Origin: Phenylobacterium sp. | GTDB lineage: Bacteria; Pseudomonadota; Alphaproteobacteria; Caulobacterales; Caulobacteraceae | Assembly (NCBI RefSeq): GCF_030697925.1 | Contig: NZ_JAUYOJ010000002.1 | Span: forward strand, 3,369 to 67,368 | Length of the DNA: 64,000 nt | Direction of reading: 5' to 3' | In this document: positions 45,885-55,778 of the stretch, piece by piece | Layout of the letters: every line of letters begins with the position of its first letter | How positions within the stretch are numbered: position 1 is the first letter of the stretch | Notes under the pieces: model-generated | Seen by the model: only the letters and a program-made list of their open reading frames with translations | What the model was told of the DNA's origin: nothing | Database searches by the model: none | Program-made: the position numbers and the translations under genes

Positions 45885-46621
45885 TGGAAGTCGAGGCCAT
45901 CGAACGCGCGACGCTCGCCGCCGTCGCGCCGCGCGCGGTCGCCGAGGTCGACGGCTGGCTGGTCGCCCTCGAGCCCGGCACGATCCGGCGCGCCAAGAGC
46001 GCGGTCCCGCTCCTCCATGATCCGGCCTTCTCGCCCGCGATCCTCGACCGCATCGAGGCCGCCTTCGCCGAGTCTGGGCTGGAACCGGCCTTCCGCCTGG
46101 CCGACGCGCCCGGTCTTGAGGCCGTGCGGGCCGAGCTCACCCGCCGGGGCTATGGCTTCGAGCAGCCGACGCTCGTGAAGGTCGGCTCACCGATGGCCAT
46201 GGTCGCCGCCGCCAGAGGTGCGCCCGCCGACGTCGCCGATGCGCCGGACGAGGGCTGGGCCCAGGTGTTCACGGGCCAGGGATTCGATCCTGCTGACGGC
46301 GCCAACCGGGTGGCGGCGCTGACTCGCTCGCCGGACGCCGTCTATGGTGGAGTGCGGCAGGACGGCCGGACGGTGGCGGTGGGCGTCGCCGCCTTCCGCC
46401 AAGGTTGGGCCAGCGTGCACGGCATGCGCACCGATCTCAGCCGCCGTGGCGAAGGTCTGGCCGGACGTGTCCTGGCGGGTCTGGCCGGCGCCGCCCAGGC
46501 GCGCGGGATCGACCGGGTGTTCCTGCAGGTGGAGGAAGCCAATACGCCCGCCCGCTCGCTCTATCGCGCGTTCGGGTTCAGGCTGGCCTGGCGGTATTTC
46601 TACTGGAGCCGGCCCGCCTAG
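45884..46621 (+). CDS. GNAT family acetyltransferase
   Basis: GTG start overlapping the smpB stop; RRGEGLA motif, LQVEEANTPARSLY. Confidence 0.82.
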   Translation: MEVEAIERATLAAVAPRAVAEVDGWLVALEPGTIRRAKSAVPLLHDPAFSPAILDRIEAAFAESGLEPAFRLADAPGLEAVRAELTRRGYGFEQPTLVKVGSPMAMVAAARGAPADVADAPDEGWAQVFTGQGFDPADGANRVAALTRSPDAVYGGVRQDGRTVAVGVAAFRQGWASVHGMRTDLSRRGEGLAGRVLAGLAGAAQARGIDRVFLQVEEANTPARSLYRAFGFRLAWRYFYWSRPA

Positions 46622-47265
46622 CCGTCCACCAGTTCCCGCGCCCGGCGGAAAACCGCCTCGAACATCTCAGCCGTCAGCCGGCCGGTGTTCGTGTTGAGCC
46701 GCGAGCAGTGGTAGCTATTCAGCACCACATAGGGCCCGGCCTGGAACTCCGTCCCGTGGCCCGGCGGGCCGGCCGAGGCCTTCAGCCCCAGCGCCTTCAG
46801 CACATTGCGCCGCGAGACGTCGCCCAGGGTGATGATGACCTTGAGCCGGGGCAGGGCCGTGAGCCGGGCGGTCAGGAACGGGCGGCAGGTGTTCTCTTCG
46901 CGGGTCTCGGGTTTGTTGCCCGGCGGGGCGCAGCGCACCGCATTGGTGATCATGCAATCGACCAGCTCGAGCCCGTCATTCGGGTCGGCCTTGTAGACGC
47001 CGCGCGCGAAGCCGGTCTTGATCAGGGTCTCGTAAAGCATCCAGCCGGCGCCATCGCCGGTGAAGGGCCGCCCCGTGCGGTTGGCCCCCGTGCGGCCAGG
47101 CGCCAGGCCCGCCACCAGCAGGCGCGCCTGCTGGTCGCCGAAGGACGGCGCCGGGCCGTTCCACCAGTCGGGGTTCTGGGCGCGGTTGGCCTCGCGATAG
47201 GCGACCAGCCGGGGACAGAGCGGGCAGTCGCGGGGCGGCTCGGCGCCCCAGAGCTCAACCGACAC
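46618..47265 (-). CDS. uracil-DNA glycosylase, Fe-S (family 5/UdgB-like)
   Basis: CPLCPRL, GLAPG..GANRTGRPFTGD, VRCAPP, SYHCS. Confidence 0.9.
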   Translation of the reverse strand: MSVELWGAEPPRDCPLCPRLVAYREANRAQNPDWWNGPAPSFGDQQARLLVAGLAPGRTGANRTGRPFTGDGAGWMLYETLIKTGFARGVYKADPNDGLELVDCMITNAVRCAPPGNKPETREENTCRPFLTARLTALPRLKVIITLGDVSRRNVLKALGLKASAGPPGHGTEFQAGPYVVLNSYHCSRLNTNTGRLTAEMFEAVFRRARELVDG

Positions 47266-47873
47266 TAGGCTTCGGCGTCGACGTCGGCGTCCGCGTCGCG
47301 GTCGGCCGAACCGGTACGGCTTTCCTGGATGAAGCGGGGCAGGCGCGAGGGCCGGCCGATGATGTCGGCCAGGTCGGCCAGGTCCACGAAGCTGTCGGCC
47401 TGGCGGCGCAGGTCATCGGACGCCATCGGCGGCTGCGACTTGACGGTGGAGACCACGGTGACCCGCGCGCCCTTGCGCTGAACGGCCTCGACCAGGACCC
47501 GGAAGTCGCCGTCGCCAGAGAACAGCACCAGGTGGTCGGCGTGGCCGGCCATCTCCAGCATGTCGACGGCGATCTCGACATCCATGTCCCCGCGCCAGCG
47601 CTTGCGGCCCTGGGCGTCGGTGTATTCCCGTGCTGGCTTGGTCACCAGGCGGAAGCCGTTGTAGTCCAGCCAGTCCACCAGCGGGCGGATCGGGGAGTAT
47701 TCCTGATCCTCGACCAGGGCGGTGTAGTAGTAGGCGCGGATCAGGACGCCGCGCTTGCGGAATTCTTCCAGAAGCTTGCGATAGTCGATATCGAAGCCCA
47801 GCCCCTTGGCGGCCGAATACAGGTTCGCGCCGTCGATGAAGAGCGCGAGCCTGTCGGTGGGGTAGAACGTCAT
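47265..47873 (-). CDS. NYN-domain (LabA/DUF88) protein
   Basis: FIDGANL, DMDVEIAVD, FSGDGDF; true start ATG at 47873. Confidence 0.92.
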   Translation of the reverse strand: MTFYPTDRLALFIDGANLYSAAKGLGFDIDYRKLLEEFRKRGVLIRAYYYTALVEDQEYSPIRPLVDWLDYNGFRLVTKPAREYTDAQGRKRWRGDMDVEIAVDMLEMAGHADHLVLFSGDGDFRVLVEAVQRKGARVTVVSTVKSQPPMASDDLRRQADSFVDLADLADIIGRPSRLPRFIQESRTGSADRDADADVDAEA

Positions 47874-47900
47874 GGTTGCGGAAATCCTGGAAATGGGGCG

Positions 47901-48428
47901 TTGGGCTTGAAGGCGGACGAGGCGGTCATCATCGCCCTTGGCGGAAATATCGCCGGCGACTTTGGGTCGTCCGAAGCCCTTCTCGAAGCGGCGCTCGCGC
48001 GTTTCGCAGAGGCGGGATTGCCTCTGGTGGCCCGGTCGTCCTGGTGGCGCTCCGCCGCCTGGCCGGACCCGACAGGCCAGGAGTATCGCAACGGCGTCGT
48101 GCTTGTCGAGGCTCGACAGCCCCCCGAACACGTAATCCGAACATTGTTCAACCTCGAGGTGGCGTTCGGGCGCGAACGTGGTGCGCGGAACGCCGCGCGG
48201 ACGCTCGATCTCGACCTCATCGCCCACGGCAGGACGGTCTCAGACGATCCGAACCTGACCCTGCCGCACCCCCGCGCCCACGAGCGGCTGTTCGTCATGG
48301 GCCCCCTGGCCGAGATCGCGCCGGAGTGGCGTCATCCCGTGCTGGGCAGGACCGCGGCGGAACTGGCCGCCAACGCGACGGTGGGCCTGGACGCGAGGCC
48401 GGTCCGGCCGTCCGTCAGGCGATCCTGA
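47901..48428 (+). CDS. folK: HPPK, 2-amino-4-hydroxy-6-hydroxymethyldihydropteridine diphosphokinase
   Basis: [29 protein letters not shown]; TTG start approximate. Confidence 0.9.
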   Translation: MGLKADEAVIIALGGNIAGDFGSSEALLEAALARFAEAGLPLVARSSWWRSAAWPDPTGQEYRNGVVLVEARQPPEHVIRTLFNLEVAFGRERGARNAARTLDLDLIAHGRTVSDDPNLTLPHPRAHERLFVMGPLAEIAPEWRHPVLGRTAAELAANATVGLDARPVRPSVRRS

Positions 48429-48864
48429 GCGCGCGGTCCAGCGACCAGGCGTCGCCGCCACGGGCGACGAGGAAGATTAGGATCGCCGCCCAGGACAGGT
48501 GGGTCGGCCAGGCGTCGGGATAGACGAAGATCTGAATCACCAGGGTCATGCCGAGCAGGGCCAGGGCCGCGAAGCGGGTGAACAGGCCCAGGACCAGCAG
48601 GATCGGGAAGGCGTGCTCGGCGTAGGTCGCCAGGTGCGCGGCGAGGTCGCTCGGGATCAGCGGCACCCTGTATTCCTCGGCGAAGAGCACATAGGTCCCG
48701 TCGCGCAGGTGCAGCAGGCCGTCGACCTTGGTGCGTCCGGACTGCCAGAAGACCCCGGCTATGCCGAGGCGCGCGACGAACGACAGGAGGGCCTGCGGCA
48801 GGGCGCGTTCGGCGGCCGCGCCCGCCAGGGCGAATGGCGCGCGCGCGGTTTCAAGCAGGGACAT
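48415..48864 (-). CDS. DoxX family membrane protein (bufferin cluster BufD-like)
   Basis: [21 protein letters not shown]; last gene of the DUF2282/DUF692 operon. Confidence 0.88.
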   Translation of the reverse strand: MSLLETARAPFALAGAAAERALPQALLSFVARLGIAGVFWQSGRTKVDGLLHLRDGTYVLFAEEYRVPLIPSDLAAHLATYAEHAFPILLVLGLFTRFAALALLGMTLVIQIFVYPDAWPTHLSWAAILIFLVARGGDAWSLDRALRIA

Positions 48865-49618
48865 GGGGCGGCTCCGGTTCGATAGGGATGAAGTCTGTGA
48901 AGGCGCCGAAGCCGATCAAGCGGCCCAGCAGGCTGCCCAGCTCGGCCCTGGGATCAGTGGCCAGGGCGGCGATGGCGCAGTCGAGCAGGGTTGCGCCGCT
49001 CCGGGAGGCGTCGAGGAAGGCGAAGGCCGCCGCATCCAGGACCAGGGCCTCGACGCTTTCCGCCGGGCGCGCCAGCAGCAAGCCTTCGGGGCGATCGTCG
49101 AGCAGCAGTTCACCGCCCTCGAAGTCGGTTCGATTGGCCAGCCACAGCGTCGGAATGGTGGTCTCGAACCAGGCGAAGCGGGCTGAGGGATGCAGGCGAC
49201 AACGCGTTCGCTCCATCGCCCCGGCGTCAAGCTCCGCCAGGCTGCCGAACCCGAGCACCGGGACGTCCGCCGCCAGGTGGGCCTCGGTCCAGCCCCGATC
49301 GAGCCGGGCGATGTCGGGGAGGAAGGGAAGCAAACCCGCCGGGGGGAACTCGACCAGGAAGTCGGCGAAGCCCTCGCCGTAGAGCGACAGCATCGGACAG
49401 CTCGGCGCGTGGATCTCGGCGAAGGCGGCGGCCGCGGCGCGAGTCCAGTCCGACCCGGTCAGCGCGGCAATGGCGGGATAATTGGCTTCCAAGGCGTCGA
49501 TCCAGCCCTTCCAGACCGTATTGCGGTAGACGGCGAAGGCGGGATGCGCGGCCAGGGGATGCTCCGCTCCCCTCAGGCCCGCGGCGAAGGCGTCCTGCCA
49601 GGCAGCTAGCGGGCTCAT
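48851..49618 (-). CDS. DUF2063-type MNIO partner protein (BufC-like)
   Basis: FAVYRNTV...[25 protein letters not shown]; located between DUF692 and DoxX. Confidence 0.85.
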   Translation of the reverse strand: MSPLAAWQDAFAAGLRGAEHPLAAHPAFAVYRNTVWKGWIDALEANYPAIAALTGSDWTRAAAAAFAEIHAPSCPMLSLYGEGFADFLVEFPPAGLLPFLPDIARLDRGWTEAHLAADVPVLGFGSLAELDAGAMERTRCRLHPSARFAWFETTIPTLWLANRTDFEGGELLLDDRPEGLLLARPAESVEALVLDAAAFAFLDASRSGATLLDCAIAALATDPRAELGSLLGRLIGFGAFTDFIPIEPEPPHVPA

Positions 49619-50457
49619 GCGGCGACCCCGCGGCTGCAGGTCGTCAGCACCGCATGGGCGCGATCACGCTCGGCCATCAGCTCGGCGAAGGCGGGTATAT
49701 CGTCGTCGCGCTCGATCAGTGTCGGCCGGGGGCCGATCCGCGCGACCAGGCGCTCGTACAGGGCCCAGACCCGATCGGCGACAGGCGCGGAATGGCTGTC
49801 GATCAGCAGGGCGCGGCCCAGGTCCGGGTCTTCGGCGTGGCCGGCCAGATGGATTTCAGCGACGTGTTCGCCGGGAAAGGCGTCGAGATAGGCTTCCGCC
49901 GAAAAGCGGAGGTTGTTGGCGCTGACGAAGACGTTGTTGACGTCCAGCAACAGGCTGCAGCCGGTGCGACGCACCAACTCGCTCAGGAAATCGATCTCGT
50001 CCCAGTCGTGCCCGTCGATAGGCATGTAGTGGCTAGGGTTCTCCACGGCGATGGGGCGGCCCAGTGCGTCCTGCGCCCGGTGCACGTTGGCCGCGATCCG
50101 AGTGAGCGCCTGGCGCGTTCGCGGAAAGGGCAGCAGGTCGGGATGGTAGGCCCCCCGCCAAGCCGACCAGGCCAGATGCTCGGAGACGAGGGCCGGCTTG
50201 AAGCGGTCGACCAGGTCCTTCAGGCGCGCGAGATGGCCGCGATCGGGGTCCGCGTCCGCGGCGAGCGACAGGGCCACGCCATGGAAGGAGAGGGGACGGC
50301 GGGCTCCCATGCGCTCGAGCCAGGTGAGCCGCGGCCCGCCGTCCGCCATGTAGTTCTCGGGATGGACCTCGAACCACAGCCCGCCCGCCGAAGCGGCCAG
50401 CGCCTCTTGATAGTGGATGGGCTTCAGGCCCAGTCCAGCGGTCAGGTCGTGGTTCAT
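49615..50457 (-). CDS. DUF692 multinuclear non-heme iron oxidase (MNIO, BufB-like)
   Basis: EVHPENY, FHGVALS, VSEHLAW, DLLP, ENPS, LLDVNN, EIHLAGH, DSH, IERD; start ATG at 50457. Confidence 0.93.
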   Translation of the reverse strand: MNHDLTAGLGLKPIHYQEALAASAGGLWFEVHPENYMADGGPRLTWLERMGARRPLSFHGVALSLAADADPDRGHLARLKDLVDRFKPALVSEHLAWSAWRGAYHPDLLPFPRTRQALTRIAANVHRAQDALGRPIAVENPSHYMPIDGHDWDEIDFLSELVRRTGCSLLLDVNNVFVSANNLRFSAEAYLDAFPGEHVAEIHLAGHAEDPDLGRALLIDSHSAPVADRVWALYERLVARIGPRPTLIERDDDIPAFAELMAERDRAHAVLTTCSRGVAA

Positions 50458-50477
50458 GGCGTGCTCCGGCCCTGGGA

Positions 50478-50774
50478 TCAGCGGCCGGGGATCGGGCTCA
50501 GGGAGCCCATACCCTTGGGCGTCTTGATCGTGGTGCAGGTGCCGGCCGCGACGTGGACCCAGGCATTGCCCTGGTAGTCGCGCTTGGCCGTGCCGGCGCA
50601 GGTGGTGCCGGGCCCAGCGGCGCAGTCGTTCTTGCCGGCCTTGGCGACGCCGTAGCACTTCTCGGTGGCGGCTCCCGGCTTGGCGGGGGCGGTCTGTGCG
50701 GTCGCGGCGCTGGCGACGAGGGCGGAGAGCGCCAGGGCGGAAAGCGCCGAGGCGACGAGGGTCTGGGTCTGCAT
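50478..50774 (-). CDS. DUF2282 / BufA1-type bufferin precursor peptide
   Basis: Signal peptide followed by [25 protein letters not shown]...GNAW...GTC (four Cys). Confidence 0.9.
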   Translation of the reverse strand: MQTQTLVASALSALALSALVASAATAQTAPAKPGAATEKCYGVAKAGKNDCAAGPGTTCAGTAKRDYQGNAWVHVAAGTCTTIKTPKGMGSLSPIPGR

Positions 50775-50830
50775 GGGTGTCCTCACGGTGGTTTCGGGGA
50801 GCCCGGGTCGATCCCGGCCTCGGTGAGGAA

Positions 50831-50856
50831 TTCGCCGCCGCCGCCGCCGCGGTTAC
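50831..50856 (-). promoter_or_regulatory. SigF (ECF16)-type promoter GTAACC-N16-CGAA for the buf operon
   Basis: + strand TTCG ccgccgccgccgccgc GGTTAC. Confidence 0.82.
50833..50850. repeat. (CGC)6 trinucleotide tract forming the promoter spacer
   Basis: cgccgccgccgccgccgc, read directly from the sequence. Confidence 0.9.
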
Positions 50857-50924
50857 AGGCGACGCGAAATTATTTCTCGCGGGAGCAGCGGAACGCGAGC
50901 GGTTCTCTTTTCGCAGCGAAGCTT

Positions 50925-50950
50925 GTAACCGAAAGGGTCTCGGCGACGAA
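50925..50950 (+). promoter_or_regulatory. SigF (ECF16)-type promoter GTAACC-N16-CGAA for sigF-nrsF
   Basis: GTAACC gaaagggtctcggcga CGAA, 19 nt upstream of the GTG. Confidence 0.82.
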
Positions 50951-50969
50951 CTTATGGACGTGACCGCGC

Positions 50970-51512
50970 GTGCAGGAGATCGAACAGCGCTTACGGCGCC
51001 TGATGATCGACGGCCTGTCGGGCGACGGGACCGCCTATCGCGACCTGTTGCGCGAATTGACCCCGCGGCTGCGCGCCTTTTTCCGGCGCCGGTTGGTCGG
51101 CTGGCCGGAGGACTGCGAGGACCTGGTGCAAGAGACCCTGCTGGCGGTGCATGCGCGACGCCACACCTACGACGCCGGTCAGCCCTTTACGGCCTGGGCC
51201 TACGCCGTGGCGCGCTACAAGCTGGTCGATTGGCACCGCCGCCACCGCCGCCGCGAGGCCCTGCACGATCCGGTGGAGGATCGGATCGAGGAATTGTTCG
51301 CCGAGATGGAACACGACGCCTGCGACGCCCAGCGGGATGTCCGGGCGATGCTGGAGACACTGCCCGCGAAGCAGCGCGAGCCAATCCGCCTGGTCAAGCT
51401 GGAGGGCTTGAGCGTCGCCGAGGCTGCGGCCCGCACCGGCCTGTCGGTTTCGGCGGTGAAGATCGGCGTGCACAGGGGCTTGAGGGCCCTGGCGGTGAGG
51501 TTCAAGTCGTGA
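50970..51512 (+). CDS. sigF: ECF sigma factor, SigF/ECF16 type
   Basis: GDGTAYRDLL, EDLVQETLLAVH, FTAWAYAVARYK, VKIGVHRGL; adjacent to nrsF. Confidence 0.88.
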   Translation: MQEIEQRLRRLMIDGLSGDGTAYRDLLRELTPRLRAFFRRRLVGWPEDCEDLVQETLLAVHARRHTYDAGQPFTAWAYAVARYKLVDWHRRHRRREALHDPVEDRIEELFAEMEHDACDAQRDVRAMLETLPAKQREPIRLVKLEGLSVAEAAARTGLSVSAVKIGVHRGLRALAVRFKS

Positions 51513-51521
51513 GGCCCGACG

Positions 51522-52163
51522 ATGCACACTGACGACCTCGCCGAGATGCTGGGCCGCAACGCCGAGGCCGAGACAGTCGGTCGCCCTGCGCGATGGTGGG
51601 CCCTCGCCGTCGCCGGCGGCGTGGCGGCCACAGCGGGGCTGATGCTCATCACCCTGGGCCTGCAGCCACGCCTGGCCACGATGATCGAGACGCCGGCCTG
51701 GTTGGGCAAGGCCGGGTTCGGCCTGGCCATGGCCCTGGCGGGGCTGGCCGCCGCCACGCGGCTGGCGCGGCCCGGCGCGGCCAGGCCCTGGCTGATCGCC
51801 CTGGCGCTGGCGCCGCTCGCCCTGCTCTGGCTGGCTGCGGCGATCCAGTTGCTGGGGGCGCCAGCGGAACTGCGCGCCGAGCTCGTCATGGGCCGGACTT
51901 GGCGCGAGTGCCCCTGGCGGGTGGCGAGCCTGTCGGTCCCGGCCCTGGTCGGGGCGCTCCTGGTCCTGCGGCGAATGGCGCCGACCCGGCCGCGGCTGGC
52001 GGGGGCTGCGGCTGGTCTGTTTGCGGGCGGCGTCGGCGCGGCGGTCTACGCCTTCCACTGTCCGGAACTCGCCCCGGCCTTCGTGGCGGTGTGGTATGTG
52101 GCGGGGGTGCTGACTCCCACGACGTTCGGCGCCCTGATCGGCCCGCGCGTCCTGCGCTGGTGA
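51522..52163 (+). CDS. nrsF: NrsF/DUF1109 membrane anti-sigma factor
   Basis: MHTDDL, multi-TM, two Cys (WRECP, YAFHCPE), FVAVWY. Confidence 0.88.
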   Translation: MHTDDLAEMLGRNAEAETVGRPARWWALAVAGGVAATAGLMLITLGLQPRLATMIETPAWLGKAGFGLAMALAGLAAATRLARPGAARPWLIALALAPLALLWLAAAIQLLGAPAELRAELVMGRTWRECPWRVASLSVPALVGALLVLRRMAPTRPRLAGAAAGLFAGGVGAAVYAFHCPELAPAFVAVWYVAGVLTPTTFGALIGPRVLRW

Positions 52164-52213
52164 GGCCGGACGCCGCGGCGGTCATAATGAGCGCAAAACC
52201 TCCATCACGGTGG

Positions 52214-52238
52214 GGCTGAACAGCCGGCTGCTTCAGCC
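52214..52238. terminator. inverted repeat between convergent nrsF and 2H gene
   Basis: ggctgaa-cagccggctgc-ttcagcc; no clear U-tract. Confidence 0.35.
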
Positions 52239-52751
52239 TGGAAGCTCAACCCGGTGAAGTAGTCGGACCTGCTCGCCGGAAAATTCGATCAGTTCCAAGG
52301 CCGATAGCCGCGCCGAGATTCCGACCTGGCCGAAGGAGCGGGCGAGAGCCACCGCGGCGGAATGGTCGTCGCGGGCCGCAACCGTCACGTGGGGAATGAA
52401 TGGGATGTCGGCCCGAAGACCCTGCGCGAGCGGACCGGCGTAGAGCGAATCGTGCAGGGCTTCGATCTCCGCCCTGCCATGGTCTGGAACCATGAAGACG
52501 TGGCTGTGTCGGTCCTCGGCGTCACGAACCGTGAGATAGGCCGCCAGGCGAAGTGCGATAGCGCCTTGCGTCGCGGCGACGGCCGAGAGATGGGCGGCGG
52601 CGACACCGGCGCCAGGCTCTTCAAAGCCGAAGACCAAGGTCACGTGGGCCCCGATTAGGGCATGGTGAGGGTCGTGCCGTCGGCGCATCGCCTCAATGCG
52701 CGCGAGATCCGGTCGAGACACGTCCAGAGGCGCGACGATCAAAAGGGGCAT
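52233..52751 (-). CDS. 2H phosphoesterase (2'-5' RNA ligase-like)
   Basis: Two HxT motifs: AHVTLVF and PHVTVA. Confidence 0.85.
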   Translation of the reverse strand: MPLLIVAPLDVSRPDLARIEAMRRRHDPHHALIGAHVTLVFGFEEPGAGVAAAHLSAVAATQGAIALRLAAYLTVRDAEDRHSHVFMVPDHGRAEIEALHDSLYAGPLAQGLRADIPFIPHVTVAARDDHSAAVALARSFGQVGISARLSALELIEFSGEQVRLLHRVELPG

Positions 52752-52862
52752 GGCGATCTCGGTCTAGGAGCGTGTGAGTCGTGCGGTTGCGACCTTTGCG
52801 GCGTTGCACAATGAGCGCAGAACCTCTATTTTGCGGGGTTCTACCGCTCCTCTGAGGATTCC

Positions 52863-53222
52863 ATGGCCCGCGTCACCGTCGAAGATTGCGTCGAGAAGGT
52901 TCCCAACCGCTTCAGCCTCGTGCTGCTGGCGGCCCATCGCGCCCGCGCCATTTCGGCCGGCGCCCAGCTTCTCGTCGACCGCGACAACGACAAGAACCCG
53001 GTCGTCTCGCTGCGCGAGATCGCCGACGACGTGGTCGACGCCGACGAGCTGCGCGAGAACCTGATCGGGACCCTGCAACGGGTCGACGAGCGTTCGGAAG
53101 CCGAGGAAGAGGCTGAAACCCTCGCCCTGCTGGCCGATCCGACCCACATGCAGATGAGCGAGCTGGAACTGGTCCGCGCGCTGCAGAGCGACCGTGACGG
53201 CGGTCAGGAGGAGCGGTACTGA
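52863..53222 (+). CDS. rpoZ: RNA polymerase omega subunit
   Basis: [35 protein letters not shown]. Confidence 0.97.
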   Translation: MARVTVEDCVEKVPNRFSLVLLAAHRARAISAGAQLLVDRDNDKNPVVSLREIADDVVDADELRENLIGTLQRVDERSEAEEEAETLALLADPTHMQMSELELVRALQSDRDGGQEERY

Positions 53223-55474
53223 GCCTCGAAGGCCCAGAACCCCTCACCCTGAAGGCGGCGACCGCCGCCGATCAAAGGGACGCGCCGTCCAGCAAGCGTC
53301 CTAAACTCCTGCGCCAGTACGAGCTGATCGAGAAGGTCCGCTCCTACGACCCGACCGCGGACGAGGCGATCCTCAACCGCGCCTATGTCTACGCCATGCG
53401 CATGCATGGCTCGCAGAAGCGCGCCTCCGGCGACCCCTATTTCGCCCACCCCATCGAAGTGGCGGGCATCCTGACCGACTATCGGCTCGACACCTCGACC
53501 ATCGTCACGGCGCTGCTGCACGACGTGATCGAGGACACCCCGGTCACCCCCGACGACATCAAGGCCCTGTTCGGGGCCGAGATCACAGAGCTGGTCGAGG
53601 GGGTCACCAAGCTCACCAAGCTGGAACTCAACAGCGAGCACACCAAGCAGGCCGAGAACCTGCGCAAGTTCATCCTGGCCATCTCCAAGGACGTGCGTGT
53701 CCTGATGGTCAAGCTGGCCGACCGCCTGCACAACATGCGCACGCTCCACTACATCACGAGCCCGGCCAAGCGTGAGCGCATCGCCCGCGAGACCCTGGAC
53801 ATCTACGCGCCCCTGGCCCGGTCCATCGGCTGTCACCGCATCTGTTCGGAGCTGGAGGAGCTCGCCTTCGAGCACCTGAACCCCGTGGCCCGCGACGCTA
53901 TCGGTCGGCGGCTGGCGAATCTGCGGGTCGAGCAGGGCGGGGCGGTGGCCGTGGTCTCCGGCGAAATCGCCGCCAAGCTCGAGAATGGGGGAATATCCGC
54001 CCGGGTCTTCGGCCGCGAGAAGAACCCCTATTCGATCTGGCGGAAGCTGCAGCGCAAGTCGATCGGCTTCTCCCAGCTTTCCGACATCTACGCCTTCCGG
54101 GTGATCGTCGACAGCGAGGGCGACTGCTACGCGGCGCTCGGCGTCATCCACCGCGCCTGGCCCAGCGTGCCGGAGCGGTTCAAGGACTTCATCTCCACGC
54201 CCAAACGCAACAACTACCGCTCGCTGCACACCACGGTGGTCGGCCCCAAGGGCATGCGCATCGAGATGCAAATCCGCACCGAGGCCATGGACCGGGTGGC
54301 CGAGGACGGGGTGGCCGCGCACTGGCGCTACAAGGACAAGTCGTACGGTTTCGATGCGGAGGCCCAGGCTGACGCCGGCGGTCGCGATCCGCTGCTCAAC
54401 CTGCGCCACCTGGTCCAGGTGCTGGAGCACGGCGGCGATGTCGAGGAGCTGGTGGAGCACGCCAAGCTCGAGATGTATCTCGACCAGGCCTTCGTGTTCA
54501 CGCCCAAGGGCAAGCTGGTCAGCCTGCCGCGGGGCGCCATGGCGCTGGACTTCGCCTACGCCGTCCACACCGACGTGGGCGACACCTGCATCGGGGTGAA
54601 GATCAACGGCGAGCTGAAGCCGCTGCGGACCATCCTGCAGAACGGCGACGTGGTCGAGGTGGTGCGGGGCCCCAAGCCCGTGGTGCCGCCGGACTGGCGC
54701 TCGCTGACCGTCACCGGCCGGGCGCGTTCGGCGATCCGCCGCCATATCCGCCAGACGGAGAAGGAAGAGTTCACCCGCCTGGGCCGCGCCACGGTCGACC
54801 AGACCTTCGAGCGGGCCGGCAAGGCGCGCAAGGACGTCTCCCTGCGCCCGGCCCTGGAGCGCTTCGCCATCGCCGGCGAGGACGAGCTGTTCGAAACCGT
54901 CGGCCGCGGGCGGCTCTCGCCGACCCAGCTGCTGGACGTGATCTTCCCGGGCCTGAAGGCCTCCGACCGCGAGGCCGCCGTGGCCACCCGCCGGATCGAG
55001 GGCGGCAAGGCCGCGCGGCTCTATGTGCGCGGCGGCGGCCTGACGCCCGGGGTGTCGCTGCACTTCGGGGCCTGTTGCACGCCCGTGCCCGGCGACCGCA
55101 TCGTCGGCATCATCGAACCTGACGGCACTGGCCTGACCATTCACACCATCGACTGCGCGACGTTGGCCGAATACGAGGACCGTGAAGAGCTCTGGCGCGA
55201 CCTGCAATGGACGCCGGAGGCCGAGCGCAACACCGTCACCCTCTCGCGCCTGACCGCCACCATCCACAATGCGCCAGGCGTGCTGGGCCAGGCCTGCACG
55301 GTGATCGGCGAGGCTGGCGGCAATATCGTCAACCTGCGCATGCACCGTCGCCAGGCGGACTTTTTCGACGTGGATTTCGACATCGAGGTCAAGGACGCCA
55401 AGCACCTGACCCACATCGCCGCGGCCCTGCGCGCCAACCCGTCCATCGAGACGGTCGACCGGGCCAAGGGCTAG
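53219..55474 (+). CDS. spoT: bifunctional (p)ppGpp synthetase/hydrolase (long RSH); start inferred at CTG 53219
   Basis: HD domain (LLHDVIED), synthetase (RFKD, YRSLHT, QIRT), TGS, ACT. The conserved-looking LRQYELIE segment lies upstream of the first ATG (53396). Confidence 0.93.
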   Translation: MSLEGPEPLTLKAATAADQRDAPSSKRPKLLRQYELIEKVRSYDPTADEAILNRAYVYAMRMHGSQKRASGDPYFAHPIEVAGILTDYRLDTSTIVTALLHDVIEDTPVTPDDIKALFGAEITELVEGVTKLTKLELNSEHTKQAENLRKFILAISKDVRVLMVKLADRLHNMRTLHYITSPAKRERIARETLDIYAPLARSIGCHRICSELEELAFEHLNPVARDAIGRRLANLRVEQGGAVAVVSGEIAAKLENGGISARVFGREKNPYSIWRKLQRKSIGFSQLSDIYAFRVIVDSEGDCYAALGVIHRAWPSVPERFKDFISTPKRNNYRSLHTTVVGPKGMRIEMQIRTEAMDRVAEDGVAAHWRYKDKSYGFDAEAQADAGGRDPLLNLRHLVQVLEHGGDVEELVEHAKLEMYLDQAFVFTPKGKLVSLPRGAMALDFAYAVHTDVGDTCIGVKINGELKPLRTILQNGDVVEVVRGPKPVVPPDWRSLTVTGRARSAIRRHIRQTEKEEFTRLGRATVDQTFERAGKARKDVSLRPALERFAIAGEDELFETVGRGRLSPTQLLDVIFPGLKASDREAAVATRRIEGGKAARLYVRGGGLTPGVSLHFGACCTPVPGDRIVGIIEPDGTGLTIHTIDCATLAEYEDREELWRDLQWTPEAERNTVTLSRLTATIHNAPGVLGQACTVIGEAGGNIVNLRMHRRQADFFDVDFDIEVKDAKHLTHIAAALRANPSIETVDRAKG

Positions 55475-55505
55475 ACGCTCTCCGTGGCGGTCGGATCGCG
55501 CATCC

Positions 55506-55524
55506 TTCTCCCGCAAGGGGAGAA
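55506..55524. repeat. REP-like short hairpin (ttctccc-gcaa-ggggagaa)
   Basis: Inverted repeat with GCAA loop 30 nt after spoT; resembles alphaproteobacterial extragenic palindromes (from memory). Confidence 0.4.
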
Positions 55525-55778
55525 TGGACGGGAGCCGACGAGCTTTGCAGGAGTCCAGATACAGCGAAGCCCGGGGGTCGCTCCGAGGTGAATCGGGGAA
55601 ATCCTCCGGGCTTCTTGTCCGATCTGTTTCCGTTTCATTGGATGCCAGATCGGGCGTGGTTGTCGGCTTTCGCGTTCAACCGAATGATTAACAGGCGATC
55701 CGGGCGGCCGGTTCCCGGGGATTCGAAAAATTTTCCGAGCCGCCTGACACGCGACAGATTCTCGCCTCAGATGGGCCG

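Noticed and set aside
45429-46621. tmRNA next to smpB
   Set aside because: The downstream DNA is an overlapping GNAT ORF with no tRNA-like ends.
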